From the NCBI GenBank assembly GCA_965226495.1, contig OZ245365.1:2496001-2560000 (forward strand): a stretch of 64,000 nt of DNA, read 5' to 3'. A program made the position numbers and the translations under genes. Below, one piece after another: positions 20,482-30,034 of this stretch. Positions within the stretch are counted from its first letter, which is position 1, and each line of letters starts with the position of its first letter. The notes beneath the pieces were generated by a model that had not been told where the DNA came from, searched no databases, and saw nothing but the letters and a program-made list of their open reading frames with translations. Source of the stretch: Candidatus Marinacidobacterales bacterium. GTDB taxonomy: Bacteria > Acidobacteriota > Vicinamibacteria > Marinacidobacterales > DATDRI01.

Positions 20482-21900
20482 CTACTCCGAGATCGGCTCA
20501 GGCACGTGCTCGTGCCGCGGAATCACCACCTGTCCGTTTCTTACAACGAGCTCACCATCTCGAATCACCAGATTCACGTTGGCGAGATCCTCGAGGCGTT
20601 GCTCGGGCTTGCCATCCACCACGAGGACGTCGGCAAGCTTGCCCCGCTCCAGAGTGCCGAGCCTGTCGTCCATGTCCAGGATCTCGGCGCTCGTCCGGGT
20701 CGCTGCTACCAACGCTTCGGGTATGGTGTACCCGACCTCGACCAATTGCTTGAGCTCCGTGATATACGCACCGGGGAGCATGCGATACCAATCGAACGGT
20801 AAATCCGCACCGACTCCTATCTTGATGCCCGCACGCTTCATCTTTCGCAGCACTTCGAGATTGGCTTCGTGGGAAAACGTAAAGCGCCGGGATGTCGCGC
20901 CGTGGTAGCCGCCCCACAAGGCGAAGACATACATGTAGGGTACCAGGGTCGGTACCGAGGCGGTCCCGTTCGCCGCCATCATCTCAATGACGTCGTCTGA
21001 TCGCGGCAACGGGTGCTCGATGCTGTCGGCGCCCGCCTCCACTGCCCATCGGACATAGAAGGTTTCGGCATCCACGGCGACCTTGAGCCCCAAGGAGTGG
21101 GCCTCCTCCACCGCCGCTTTGATCTCCTCGCGCGAGAAATGACTCATGAGCTTGATAACGTCGGCGCCGGCTTTGAACTGCTCACGAACAGCTTCTCGCC
21201 AACCATCGGGCCCGGAGGCCTCGATGACCGCGCCGTAAGCCGCGTTGAACGGGCTCAGCCGCTCCGCACCGTGACCGCCGGTACCAGTAATTGCCTGTCC
21301 GGCTGGAAAGACGCGCGGCCCGATAAGCCGGCGCTCTCGGACCCATCGCTTCAACTGAAATGGGACCGTTCCGTGCGAGCTCACGTCGCGGACGCTCGTG
21401 ATCCCGCTCTCGATGGCGTAACGCATTCGTTCTATCGCCCGTAGCGTTTGGTGTGCAGGATCGAGAGCGTCGGTGATCGATCCCTCCGCCGACGCGGACC
21501 CCCCGGGCGGCCGTGCGAGGTAAGTGAGATGGCTGTGCAGATCGATGAGACCGGGAAGCACAGTCTGACCCGTCACGTCGATGACCTTTGCATCGGACGG
21601 CCAAGAGTCGTCTTCCGGCGACAGCACTCCCGAGATTCGATTTCGCTCGATGACGACGGTCGCTTCACGAGCCGGGGCGCCGGTACCATCGAACACCCGC
21701 CCGCCACGGAGGACGAAGCTACCCTCGGGCCCGCGCGGTCCCGCGGCGACCGGAATACGGCGCGGGTCGTCGGATACCGGCGATGTCGGCTCGATGTACA
21801 GCCGGCGATCCTCGGGGCGCTCTTGCGCCGCCGCGACCAAAGGAAGTTGCAACACAACGACGATGGCTACAATAGCCGTTCGAATCAGTGCGGTTTTCAT
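20482..21900 (-). CDS. Secreted amidohydrolase (Xaa-Pro dipeptidase-like subgroup)
   Basis: PGLIDLHSH, GITSVRD, ITGTGGHG, GADVIK, SIEH, GTLERGKLADVLVVDG. Confidence 0.9.
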   Translation of the reverse strand: MKTALIRTAIVAIVVVLQLPLVAAAQERPEDRRLYIEPTSPVSDDPRRIPVAAGPRGPEGSFVLRGGRVFDGTGAPAREATVVIERNRISGVLSPEDDSWPSDAKVIDVTGQTVLPGLIDLHSHLTYLARPPGGSASAEGSITDALDPAHQTLRAIERMRYAIESGITSVRDVSSHGTVPFQLKRWVRERRLIGPRVFPAGQAITGTGGHGAERLSPFNAAYGAVIEASGPDGWREAVREQFKAGADVIKLMSHFSREEIKAAVEEAHSLGLKVAVDAETFYVRWAVEAGADSIEHPLPRSDDVIEMMAANGTASVPTLVPYMYVFALWGGYHGATSRRFTFSHEANLEVLRKMKRAGIKIGVGADLPFDWYRMLPGAYITELKQLVEVGYTIPEALVAATRTSAEILDMDDRLGTLERGKLADVLVVDGKPEQRLEDLANVNLVIRDGELVVRNGQVVIPRHEHVPEPISE

Positions 21901-22030
21901 GTGACAACACCTCCCGTTTCGAGGGGGCGCTGATGCGCTCCCATCGAGAGTCAACTTAGCACGATGGACACCTTCTCGTCCGACAATGCGAGGTTCCCTA
22001 CTTCATGAGCTTGTCGCGAACTACCCTCCC

Positions 22031-22050
22031 CTCACCTCACCTCACCTCAC
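22031..22050. repeat. (CTCAC)4 microsatellite in a divergent promoter region
   Basis: CTCACCTCACCTCACCTCAC read directly. Confidence 0.8.
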
Positions 22051-22171
22051 TTTCTTGTATGCTGGATCGTCTATCGCTTGACACGAAGGCACGAACGATT
22101 CTATTCTTCCGAAGACTTGCCGGCCCCATCCAAGCGCTTCCTCCATCTCTGAGCTGGGCGAAGGAGAAGAA

Positions 22172-23635
22172 ATGAATACTAACCGTTTGATGTTGTCGTT
22201 TGCCATTATCGCGGCATGTGCCTCTCATGCCCGCGCCCAGACTCACTCCTCGAGAGAAGTTGCCGACCGCATCATTGCAGCTTCCGAGGGCAACACCGAG
22301 GCGCTTCAAAACCTCCTATACCTCAGTGACCACATCGGTCCTCGTTTGACCGGCTCGGAGCAGGCCGCGAAAGCCGTTCAGTGGGCCGCCGACAAGATGC
22401 GGAAAGACGGACTCGAAAACGTCCGGCTGCAGCCGGTGACCGTGCCGCGTTGGGTTCGAGGCCACGAAAGCGGTGAGCTGCTCAGTCCCTCCCGACAAAA
22501 GTTGCCTCTCATTGGGTTGGGAGGCACGGTGGGCACGCCGCCGGAAGGCATCACCGCGGAGGTGGTGGAAGTGTCGACCTTTGATGAGTTGGCCGCCCTC
22601 GGAGACGAGGCCAAGGGAAAGATTGTTTACTACCACACGCCTCTCAACCCGCGTTTGCACCCGATGGATGCTTATGGCGCTGCCATCCGCTATCGCAGTC
22701 GGGGAGCGGTGGAGGCGGCGCGGTACGGTGCCGTCGCTTCGATGATCCGTTCTTTTGGCACACGAAGCTTCGGGACGCCGCACACCGGGGGAACCTACTA
22801 CTCTGACGAGGTCGCGCCCATTCCCCACGTCGCCTTGGCCACCGAGGCGGGAGACCTGATCCATCGCCTGGTGACTGCCGGGGAAACGCCGAAGATGCGG
22901 CTCATCGTCACCAGCAAACCGGAGGGTGAGGTGGAGTCGGCCAACGTCATCGGGGAGCTTCCCGGAAGGTCGGCGCCCGAAGAGATCGTCGTGATCGCGG
23001 CGCACCTCGATTCCTGGGACGTGGGTACGGGCGCCATCGACGCGGGTTTCGCATGCGCCATTGCATTGGAAGTGCCGCGTATGCTCAAAGAGCTGGGGCT
23101 GGTGCCCCGCCGAACCATCCGCACGGTTCTGACCATGACCGAGGAGCTGGGAAACCTGGGTGCCAAACGCTATGCGGAATCCTTGAGCGATGAGGAGCTG
23201 CGAGCCCATGTCGCCGGGATCGAGGGCGATGCGGGCCCCGACCAGCCCTGGGGGTTCCGGGTCACGCGAGGCGATGCGGCCAGCGGTACCCAAGGAAGAT
23301 CGCTTGACGGCGCCGATCCCATCACGAAGAAAGTGTTCACCTTGGTCCAGGAGTGGGCACAGTTCCTCACGCCGATCGGTGCCAACTGGGTCGACTATGG
23401 AGGCATCGAAGGTTCCGGTCCCGACATCGTGCCTCTCGCCCGGAGGGGTGTGCCCGCGATTTCCATGCGCAACGACCAGACACGCTATTTGCACATTCAT
23501 CACACGGACGGCGACACGTTCGACAAGATCGATCCGCAAAGCTTTCGGCGTAACCTCGCTGCGATCGCCTTCATGGCTTATACCCTTGCTGAAAGCGAGG
23601 ATCTGGCGGCGGTTCGTAGGACCAGTGGACAGTAG
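22172..23635 (+). CDS. M28 family peptidase (carboxypeptidase Q-like), paralog of 16100..17533
   Basis: IGPRLTGS, AHLDSWDVGTGAID, TEE, HHTDGDTFDK. Long identical stretches with the 16100 gene. Confidence 0.92.
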   Translation: MNTNRLMLSFAIIAACASHARAQTHSSREVADRIIAASEGNTEALQNLLYLSDHIGPRLTGSEQAAKAVQWAADKMRKDGLENVRLQPVTVPRWVRGHESGELLSPSRQKLPLIGLGGTVGTPPEGITAEVVEVSTFDELAALGDEAKGKIVYYHTPLNPRLHPMDAYGAAIRYRSRGAVEAARYGAVASMIRSFGTRSFGTPHTGGTYYSDEVAPIPHVALATEAGDLIHRLVTAGETPKMRLIVTSKPEGEVESANVIGELPGRSAPEEIVVIAAHLDSWDVGTGAIDAGFACAIALEVPRMLKELGLVPRRTIRTVLTMTEELGNLGAKRYAESLSDEELRAHVAGIEGDAGPDQPWGFRVTRGDAASGTQGRSLDGADPITKKVFTLVQEWAQFLTPIGANWVDYGGIEGSGPDIVPLARRGVPAISMRNDQTRYLHIHHTDGDTFDKIDPQSFRRNLAAIAFMAYTLAESEDLAAVRRTSGQ

Positions 23636-23684
23636 AGCACCCTCGGTATGTTGAGGATCGGCAAATGATGAAGGAGGCGTATAT

Positions 23685-24107
23685 ATGATGAGACTCGCTA
23701 GCTTACTCCTACTGCTTACGACCGCATCCATCGGCTCAGTCGCCGCAGACGGTCAGGATTTGGTTGGAGTATGGAAACCGCTTAACTACCATATCGCAGG
23801 GGTGGATCACCCTATGGACGGGCTGTTTATCTTCACCGAGAACCACTACTTCGCGACCAACGTCCGCTATCGACAAACGAGCACCGAGCTCGATGACAGC
23901 AACGCGAACGCGGGCACCTACCGCACGGAAGGGAACAAACTGTTCTTGACATCCCACCTGGCTGCTCATATTCGTCCTGGCAAGAAGGAAGAACCGATCA
24001 ACTACAGTCAAGGCGGCACGGACGCCGGGACCTACGAAATCAAAGGCGATAAACTCATCATCACGTTCCCGTCGAAAAATCGGTATGAAGCGGAACGCGT
24101 GAAGTAG
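23685..24107 (+). CDS. Small secreted lipocalin-like domain protein
   Basis: Signal peptide. DLVGVWK, AGTYRTEGNKL, GTYEIKGDKLIITF. Confidence 0.7.
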   Translation: MMRLASLLLLLTTASIGSVAADGQDLVGVWKPLNYHIAGVDHPMDGLFIFTENHYFATNVRYRQTSTELDDSNANAGTYRTEGNKLFLTSHLAAHIRPGKKEEPINYSQGGTDAGTYEIKGDKLIITFPSKNRYEAERVK

Positions 24108-24130
24108 TGCAATCCCCGGCCGTTTCTGTG

Positions 24131-26482
24131 CTATCGGGGCCCTCGCCCTAGGTGCGTGTCGAAATAGCCGACCAGCTTCCTCAAGCCGAACAGCGAAACG
24201 TAGTCTTTGGCTCCCCATTCATGTACGGACGTCGGGAGCACAACGAAGTCGAAGTCTTTCTCCAACATCATCAGCTTCTCGGCCAGCACGACCGAGTCTT
24301 TGAAGAGCACGACGTTATCCTGCATCCCGTGCATGATCATCAGGTGGTCCTCCAGGTCCTCGCCATAGCTGATCGCGGAGACCTTTCGGTAGACCTCGGG
24401 ATGGGTATTGGGTCGACCGGCCACGTTGACTTGGGCGGTCATGGCATGAGAGATGTGGGTAGCGGGAGCCGAAGCGACTCCAGCCGCATAGACCCCCGGT
24501 TTCTTGAAGAGAGACATCGCGGTCATCAGCCCGCCGTAGCTGCTCCCCCATATCCCGATGCGATCTCGGTCGACGTACGGGAGGGTTAGAAGGTGCTGCA
24601 CGCCACTATGTATGTCTTCGACATCGATACCGCCGTAGTCCCGAAAGAGCCTTTCGCGGAAAGCGCGCCCGTATCCGACCGTCCCCCGAACATCGACGAG
24701 TAGCCCAATGTACTCCCCTTCGAGCGCGAAGTACTGTTGGAGGGTGCTGTATAGGCCCCTCCATTCTTCCACGTCCCCCCACCTGCTTTTTACCGAGTTT
24801 GGATACACCGGGCCGACGATGACCGGATACTTTTTCGACCGGTCGAGATTGCGGGGCTCGAGAATCCGCCCATGCACGGTGACCCCGTCCACGTGGCTCG
24901 GGAATGTTACGTATCGCGGCTCGATCCAATCGTAGTCATCGAAGTCTTTTGGCGGTGAATGCGTCACTCTCTTCTCGGATTCCCCTCCCCGGCTGCTCAC
25001 GATATAGAGCTCGGTAGGAGTGAGGTCGTTAGAATGAAGAAGTGCCAGCTTGGAGGCGTCGGGCGCCCCGAACGGATGGTGCACTCCGGGTAGCGTGGTC
25101 ACCTGCACGATGTCCCCGCCGTTCTCGGGCATGCGGTAGACATGCCTTTCGTAGGGACTCTTCTTGTTGGCAACGAAATAGACCTCTTTAGTGGAGTGCG
25201 AGACAAAGAGGGTCGCGGCACCCGACTCGCCGACGACACTCCAGTCTCCCTCCGTGAGGCGTTTCGGCTTTCGCGTTCCGAGCGGCAACTCATAGAGATG
25301 ATGGCGGTCGTCTTTGTCGGAAATGAAGAGTATTCCGCTCCCGTCGCTCTGCCAAGCAGAGTTCCAATGCTGGGTGGTCCTCGTCGCCCGATAATCGTGC
25401 CAGATCTCCTGTAGCGAGCCGTCTCTCGGGTCGGCGAGAAAGATCCATCGATTCTCCGCACTTTCATCGTACTGATCGACCAGCAGGTGACTATCCTCGG
25501 GCGACCAGCCGTAGCTGGCAATGCTGCGGTCGGTGTTCTCCGGAAGGTTAAGCCTCGCCAGACGGCCGGCGGAGACCGAATAGATAGCGATGTCCTTCAC
25601 GTGGTCGTTGTCCCCGGGGTAGTCGCGGCTAAGTAGGTCCACATCGGTCTCTTCACCTAGATAGTTCGGGATCATGACTTTCCGCATACTGCGGCGGTCT
25701 TCGACGTGGAGCGCGATATGTCCACCATGAGGCGACCATCGATAGGAGCTCACTTCCACATCCGGGCGAGAGTACCCCGGTCCGCAGCAGGTATTGAGCG
25801 GTGAACCGCCGACCTCTGGCCGAGCGATATTGGTCGCCCGAACCAACTCGTCGAGCTCGCCATTCTCGCGATTCCACAACCACAGGTCTCCTTCCTGAAG
25901 ATAGGACAGAAACTTGCCGTCGGGAGAGAAGGACAGGAGGTACTTGTCGCCGGGGGAGCGAGTGAGTCGTTTGAGACCGGTTCCATCCGGATTGATCTGA
26001 AATAAGTCGTCTCCGCCGTCCGGCATGGGTGCGCCCGAGCGGTTTCTAGGAACCTCCATCCCGCTGGTCTGGATCGCGAAAATCAATGCGTCACCGTTCG
26101 GTGTCCAAATCACCTCCGCGACACCTCGATGCCGGCGCGCAGTGACTCGTTCCACGAGCGACACGCCGTCGCTGGCCGGGGCATACAGCTCAGCAAGGTC
26201 CGAAGCCATGTCGGTGACCCGTTGCGGCTTCTCCCCGTTAGCTGACGCCACCCAAACGTCTCGGAAAGGCATCGCCTCGTCGTTCCAGACGAACGCCACC
26301 CGTATGCTGTCGGGCGACCAAGCCGGATTCGACGGCGCCGTGCCGCTCAAATAGGGCAGCGACGCAATGCGCTCGATGGTGAGAGGGCGCTGCTCCGCCT
26401 TCACCGACCCTTGCAGGGAGAGGACCAAAACCACCGCCCCGCAAACGCTCGCCGCACGTGACGTTCTCATATTGGCCGACAT
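24131..26482 (-). CDS. S9 family (DPP IV-like) prolyl oligopeptidase, secreted
   Basis: Beta-propeller WSPD repeats. GIWGSSYGG, HGMQDNVV, VHE catalytic triad. AAGGAGG RBS before ATG 26482. Confidence 0.93.
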   Translation of the reverse strand: MSANMRTSRAASVCGAVVLVLSLQGSVKAEQRPLTIERIASLPYLSGTAPSNPAWSPDSIRVAFVWNDEAMPFRDVWVASANGEKPQRVTDMASDLAELYAPASDGVSLVERVTARRHRGVAEVIWTPNGDALIFAIQTSGMEVPRNRSGAPMPDGGDDLFQINPDGTGLKRLTRSPGDKYLLSFSPDGKFLSYLQEGDLWLWNRENGELDELVRATNIARPEVGGSPLNTCCGPGYSRPDVEVSSYRWSPHGGHIALHVEDRRSMRKVMIPNYLGEETDVDLLSRDYPGDNDHVKDIAIYSVSAGRLARLNLPENTDRSIASYGWSPEDSHLLVDQYDESAENRWIFLADPRDGSLQEIWHDYRATRTTQHWNSAWQSDGSGILFISDKDDRHHLYELPLGTRKPKRLTEGDWSVVGESGAATLFVSHSTKEVYFVANKKSPYERHVYRMPENGGDIVQVTTLPGVHHPFGAPDASKLALLHSNDLTPTELYIVSSRGGESEKRVTHSPPKDFDDYDWIEPRYVTFPSHVDGVTVHGRILEPRNLDRSKKYPVIVGPVYPNSVKSRWGDVEEWRGLYSTLQQYFALEGEYIGLLVDVRGTVGYGRAFRERLFRDYGGIDVEDIHSGVQHLLTLPYVDRDRIGIWGSSYGGLMTAMSLFKKPGVYAAGVASAPATHISHAMTAQVNVAGRPNTHPEVYRKVSAISYGEDLEDHLMIMHGMQDNVVLFKDSVVLAEKLMMLEKDFDFVVLPTSVHEWGAKDYVSLFGLRKLVGYFDTHLGRGPR

Positions 26483-26546
26483 ACTGGCCCTCCTTCTGAA
26501 TGAGTCCTTAGACCGCAAACTTCCCCGGTCACGGAAACTTCGGGGG

Positions 26547-26562
26547 GCGATTCTAGAATCGC
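26547..26562. promoter_or_regulatory. Perfect 16-bp palindrome overlapping a TAGAAT -10-like box upstream of the S9 peptidase
   Basis: GCGATTCTAGAATCGC. Confidence 0.35.
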
Positions 26563-26622
26563 AACAGAACTAGAGAGGCTAGGAGCGTCTGTCCGCTCTC
26601 AGCCTGGGTCTCCACTGAGCAA

Positions 26623-26657
26623 ACCCACCCTCACCCGCGGTGCGGGCGAGGGTGGGT
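26623..26657 (-). terminator. Strong hairpin downstream of the TonB-dependent receptor
   Basis: ACCCACCCTCACCCGC-GGT-GCGGGCGAGGGTGGGT with a short T run on the minus strand. Confidence 0.65.
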
Positions 26658-26694
26658 CAACCCCAAGAGCTATAGGCCTCGAGGCGGGCCAGGG

Positions 26695-29616
26695 TTAGAA
26701 GTCAAACCTAATGCCCATGCGCAGCACCCGCGGCTTCAAAAGCTCGGCCGGAGTCAGATATCTCGGATCGTCAAGCCGAAGGGCGTTCAACCTAATCACC
26801 GTGCCTGAATTGAAGACATTGAAAATGTCGGCAATTAGCGCCACACCGGCATCTCCGCCAACAGGAATTCTGTATTGGACCCGCAGATCGAGGAGAGTCT
26901 CCACGTCGAACGTTCTAGTGCCAGCGGGCTCGCCGGCGACGTCGATAAAAGTCTCGGAGAGGATTTGGGGGAAATCACTTTGGAAAACGCGCACCTCGGT
27001 CGCCCCCCTTGGAGACTCCTGATTGAATCCTTGATAGTTATTCGTGATGGGAAAGCCGCTTAGCACCTCTAGGAACCCGCTGAACAGCAATCCATAGTCA
27101 GTCTTGTAGGTGGCCTGCAGTTTAAATTGGTGACGCCGGTCCATCGCGAGATCCCCGTCCCTGTTGATGAAAAAATTGGGGTTGGTGTAGTCGGCCCATG
27201 TGGAGCCCGCGAACCCGTTCGATACAGTCCCTGACCCCCGACCGAGAACGTAAGAGGTCGAAAGTTGCCAGTTGTTACTCATCCTCTTGTTTAGGACGAC
27301 CTCGACGCCGTTGTACTGCCGCGTCAACGGTGCCGGATCGCCAGGTCGGTCACCCGGATTGGTCTGACGGATCGCCGGCCGCCGGCCCAAGAATTCGGTT
27401 GGAAGCGTAAAGATATCCAGCGGCTGGCCAGTCAGCGGATTAGTCACGGTGATCGGTTGGTAAGCCGAGATTGGAACCGCGTCGTTGACAAAGCCGATTA
27501 GGTCGCCGTCGCGCTTGAAAATCCCTGTGGCTGAAAGAACCCACTCCTCACCGATCAGGTGTTGAAACCCTATCGTATAGACGTCCGTGTACTGGTTTTT
27601 CAAATTTGGATCGGCGGTTGGAAAGGCCGTCGGGTCTGGACGAGTATCGGTTCTTAGCAGCGTCTCTTCCCCCTGTTGCCACACACGGTCCCCGTTTCGA
27701 TCCTCCCAGTCGAACTCGCGAAAGGCTAAAACAGCGGGATTGATATTGTCCAGCCAGGCGGCCAAAGGTTGGCTGTAGAATCGCCCGGCGCTCCCCTTGA
27801 TGGTCGTTCTGTTACTCCCGGTGGCATCCCATACCACGCCGAGCCTCGGAGCTACGTTATCGAACGTAATGAGACCATTCTGCTCAGGAAAGGTCTGTAG
27901 AGGCTCAAAGGCCCCACCTCCGACGCTCGACTCGGTAATCGTCCCGCTCGAGTGATCGTACCGGACACCAAGATTCAATGTCAGCCGTTCTCCCAAGACC
28001 CACTGGTCCTGAAAGTATACGTTCCAAATATCGAACTTGTGGTTCCTGTCGGACGGAGAGTTGTACAGGCGAACCCGGAACGGGTCCCCATCGAAAAGAA
28101 GATGGTGGACGTCTGGCGTTTCGGAAATGCAGGCGTCACTGCAACCAGTTAGCTCATTGGAGCCTCGAGCTCCTTGGAGAAAGCCTAGGGCCAAGTTCGG
28201 CGTGGTCATCCATTTGATTCCCGTCTTAAATTCATGGCTTCCGCCAGCCCAATTCCCTTTGAACTTGGTCACGTCGGCCCTAGCCTGATGTCGGTTCCGT
28301 TCAACTCTGCCGATCGTATGAAAGTCGCCGCCACTGATGATACCGGTCGATTGGTCTACATAAGCCGTGGAGCCATCGTTGTTCGGGTTGCTCACCGGAA
28401 TATGGTAATATCCGAGGGCTCCCCGAACTTCAAGAAGTGTGCTCTCGTTGATGACACTGGTCCATTGCACCGATGGAATGCGGTTCGTCTTTACAAGAGC
28501 CATCCACGTGCGCGGGTCGTCTGCGTTGCGGAAGCTAGCGGTGGCGGTGAAGGGGAAGTTTGAAAAGACCCTGCGGTTGTATGAAGCCATCAGTGTGTTT
28601 GCGTCAGAGAGCTTTACGGTTCCTTTCACGAACAACTGCTTCTCTTCGTTGCTTAGTGCGACGGGGAAATCCGACTTTATCTCCTGCAAATCCTGATAGC
28701 GATAATTCGCAAAAAACCAGGCCCTTTCTCTCTTAATTGGACCTCCTAGGAAACCCGAGAGGTCGTAGACGTGCTCGAATCCGCTCGCGACCGAGAGTCC
28801 TTGTTGCTTGAGGTCGTCCGAGACATTATCTGCCTCAGTGCTCCTATTCTGAAAATAGAAGCTTGCTCCTCCGCTGAATCGGTCACCGCCCGATTTGGTG
28901 ATGTAGTTGAAAACGGCTCCGCTGGCATCGCCATACTCGGCAGTAATGCCCGCAGTGGTGAGTTGGATTTCTTGGATTGTGTCGACTGACAATTGCGTGG
29001 AGGTAGCACCGGTTAGAGAGTCGTTCGTATAGATGCCGTCCAGGCTGTATTCGTTCTGACGCACGCTTCCGCCATGAACGACATTGATGGGAGAAAAGTT
29101 GTAGTTGGCATCCACCACACCGGGGAGAAGGTTCAAGATCTTGGTGTAGTCTCTGTCGTAGGGTACGTTCTCCAGGGTGTCCGGATCGGCGAAGTTGACG
29201 AGTCCCGAGGTACGGGTATCGATCAGTGGGACTTCGCTGGTCACGGTCACCGCTTCCTGCACGCCGGCCAGTTGGAGTGCGACGACTACTGGGAGGGATT
29301 GTCCGGCCAATAGGAGGATCCCCTCACGCTTCTGGGACTGGAATCCCTGGATCTCGAATCTAACGCTGTACGTTCCTGGGCTGAGGGTGACGAACCGGAA
29401 GGCGCCATCTGGCCCTGTCGTCTGAACCATTTGCCCGGCCAGAAGCTGAGGGCTCGCCACGGTCACGGCGACTCCCGGGAGCCGCCCGCCGCTCTCATCG
29501 TTAACCGTCCCAAAGATGGAGCCGGTGACTCTCTGAGCCGCTGCCGTGGGAGCTGTTGCCCAGCCCCACGCGAGACAACCCACCACAAGAAACAATTCGC
29601 GGGTTCTAATATTCAT
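26695..29616 (-). CDS. TonB-dependent receptor (Oar-like, N-terminal carboxypeptidase-regulatory-like domain)
   Basis: GSIFGTVNDESGGRLPGVAVTV, AEYGDASGAVFNYITKSG, LTLNLGVRYD, APRLGVVWD, C-terminal RFDF. Confidence 0.95.
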   Translation of the reverse strand: MNIRTRELFLVVGCLAWGWATAPTAAAQRVTGSIFGTVNDESGGRLPGVAVTVASPQLLAGQMVQTTGPDGAFRFVTLSPGTYSVRFEIQGFQSQKREGILLLAGQSLPVVVALQLAGVQEAVTVTSEVPLIDTRTSGLVNFADPDTLENVPYDRDYTKILNLLPGVVDANYNFSPINVVHGGSVRQNEYSLDGIYTNDSLTGATSTQLSVDTIQEIQLTTAGITAEYGDASGAVFNYITKSGGDRFSGGASFYFQNRSTEADNVSDDLKQQGLSVASGFEHVYDLSGFLGGPIKRERAWFFANYRYQDLQEIKSDFPVALSNEEKQLFVKGTVKLSDANTLMASYNRRVFSNFPFTATASFRNADDPRTWMALVKTNRIPSVQWTSVINESTLLEVRGALGYYHIPVSNPNNDGSTAYVDQSTGIISGGDFHTIGRVERNRHQARADVTKFKGNWAGGSHEFKTGIKWMTTPNLALGFLQGARGSNELTGCSDACISETPDVHHLLFDGDPFRVRLYNSPSDRNHKFDIWNVYFQDQWVLGERLTLNLGVRYDHSSGTITESSVGGGAFEPLQTFPEQNGLITFDNVAPRLGVVWDATGSNRTTIKGSAGRFYSQPLAAWLDNINPAVLAFREFDWEDRNGDRVWQQGEETLLRTDTRPDPTAFPTADPNLKNQYTDVYTIGFQHLIGEEWVLSATGIFKRDGDLIGFVNDAVPISAYQPITVTNPLTGQPLDIFTLPTEFLGRRPAIRQTNPGDRPGDPAPLTRQYNGVEVVLNKRMSNNWQLSTSYVLGRGSGTVSNGFAGSTWADYTNPNFFINRDGDLAMDRRHQFKLQATYKTDYGLLFSGFLEVLSGFPITNNYQGFNQESPRGATEVRVFQSDFPQILSETFIDVAGEPAGTRTFDVETLLDLRVQYRIPVGGDAGVALIADIFNVFNSGTVIRLNALRLDDPRYLTPAELLKPRVLRMGIRFDF

Positions 29617-29712
29617 TACAACCCTCCTAGTTTAAAAAGTCGATTGATTAAATTTGAGGAGAACACGCCAGGATGTCGATGGCTGGGTACACCACCACTA
29701 TGGAAGTATACC

Positions 29713-29729
29713 TGCATACTGCATGCCAA
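29713..29729 (-). promoter_or_regulatory. Sigma-54 (-24/-12) promoter of the TonB-dependent receptor
   Basis: The minus strand reads TTGGCATGCAGTATGCA, i.e. GG-N10-GC matching TGGCAC-N5-TTGC, about 100 bp upstream of the ATG. Confidence 0.7.
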
Positions 29730-30034
29730 GTGAAAATAGGCACGGCTTCCCCCCGTAAACTCGTCGGACGCATCACGTTACAGTCGTTGCCCAAAAGGCT
29801 CAGCACAACGAAAGATCCATCCGGCTGGATCCATGCTCACCGCGCCTAAGCCCCATGAGCCGTTTCCGACACCAAGCCCGGAAGTGGCGCGTTCGTAGGT
29901 AACTGCGACACAGGGAGTTAACTGTCAGACGGCAACGTGGGAACGTCCTGAAGGCCATCATTCAAATTTTCGGATCTTTCGCGTACGAGTTTTCGCATTG
30001 GAAGCCTGCGGGTCTGATCGCGGGATCTTGAAAA

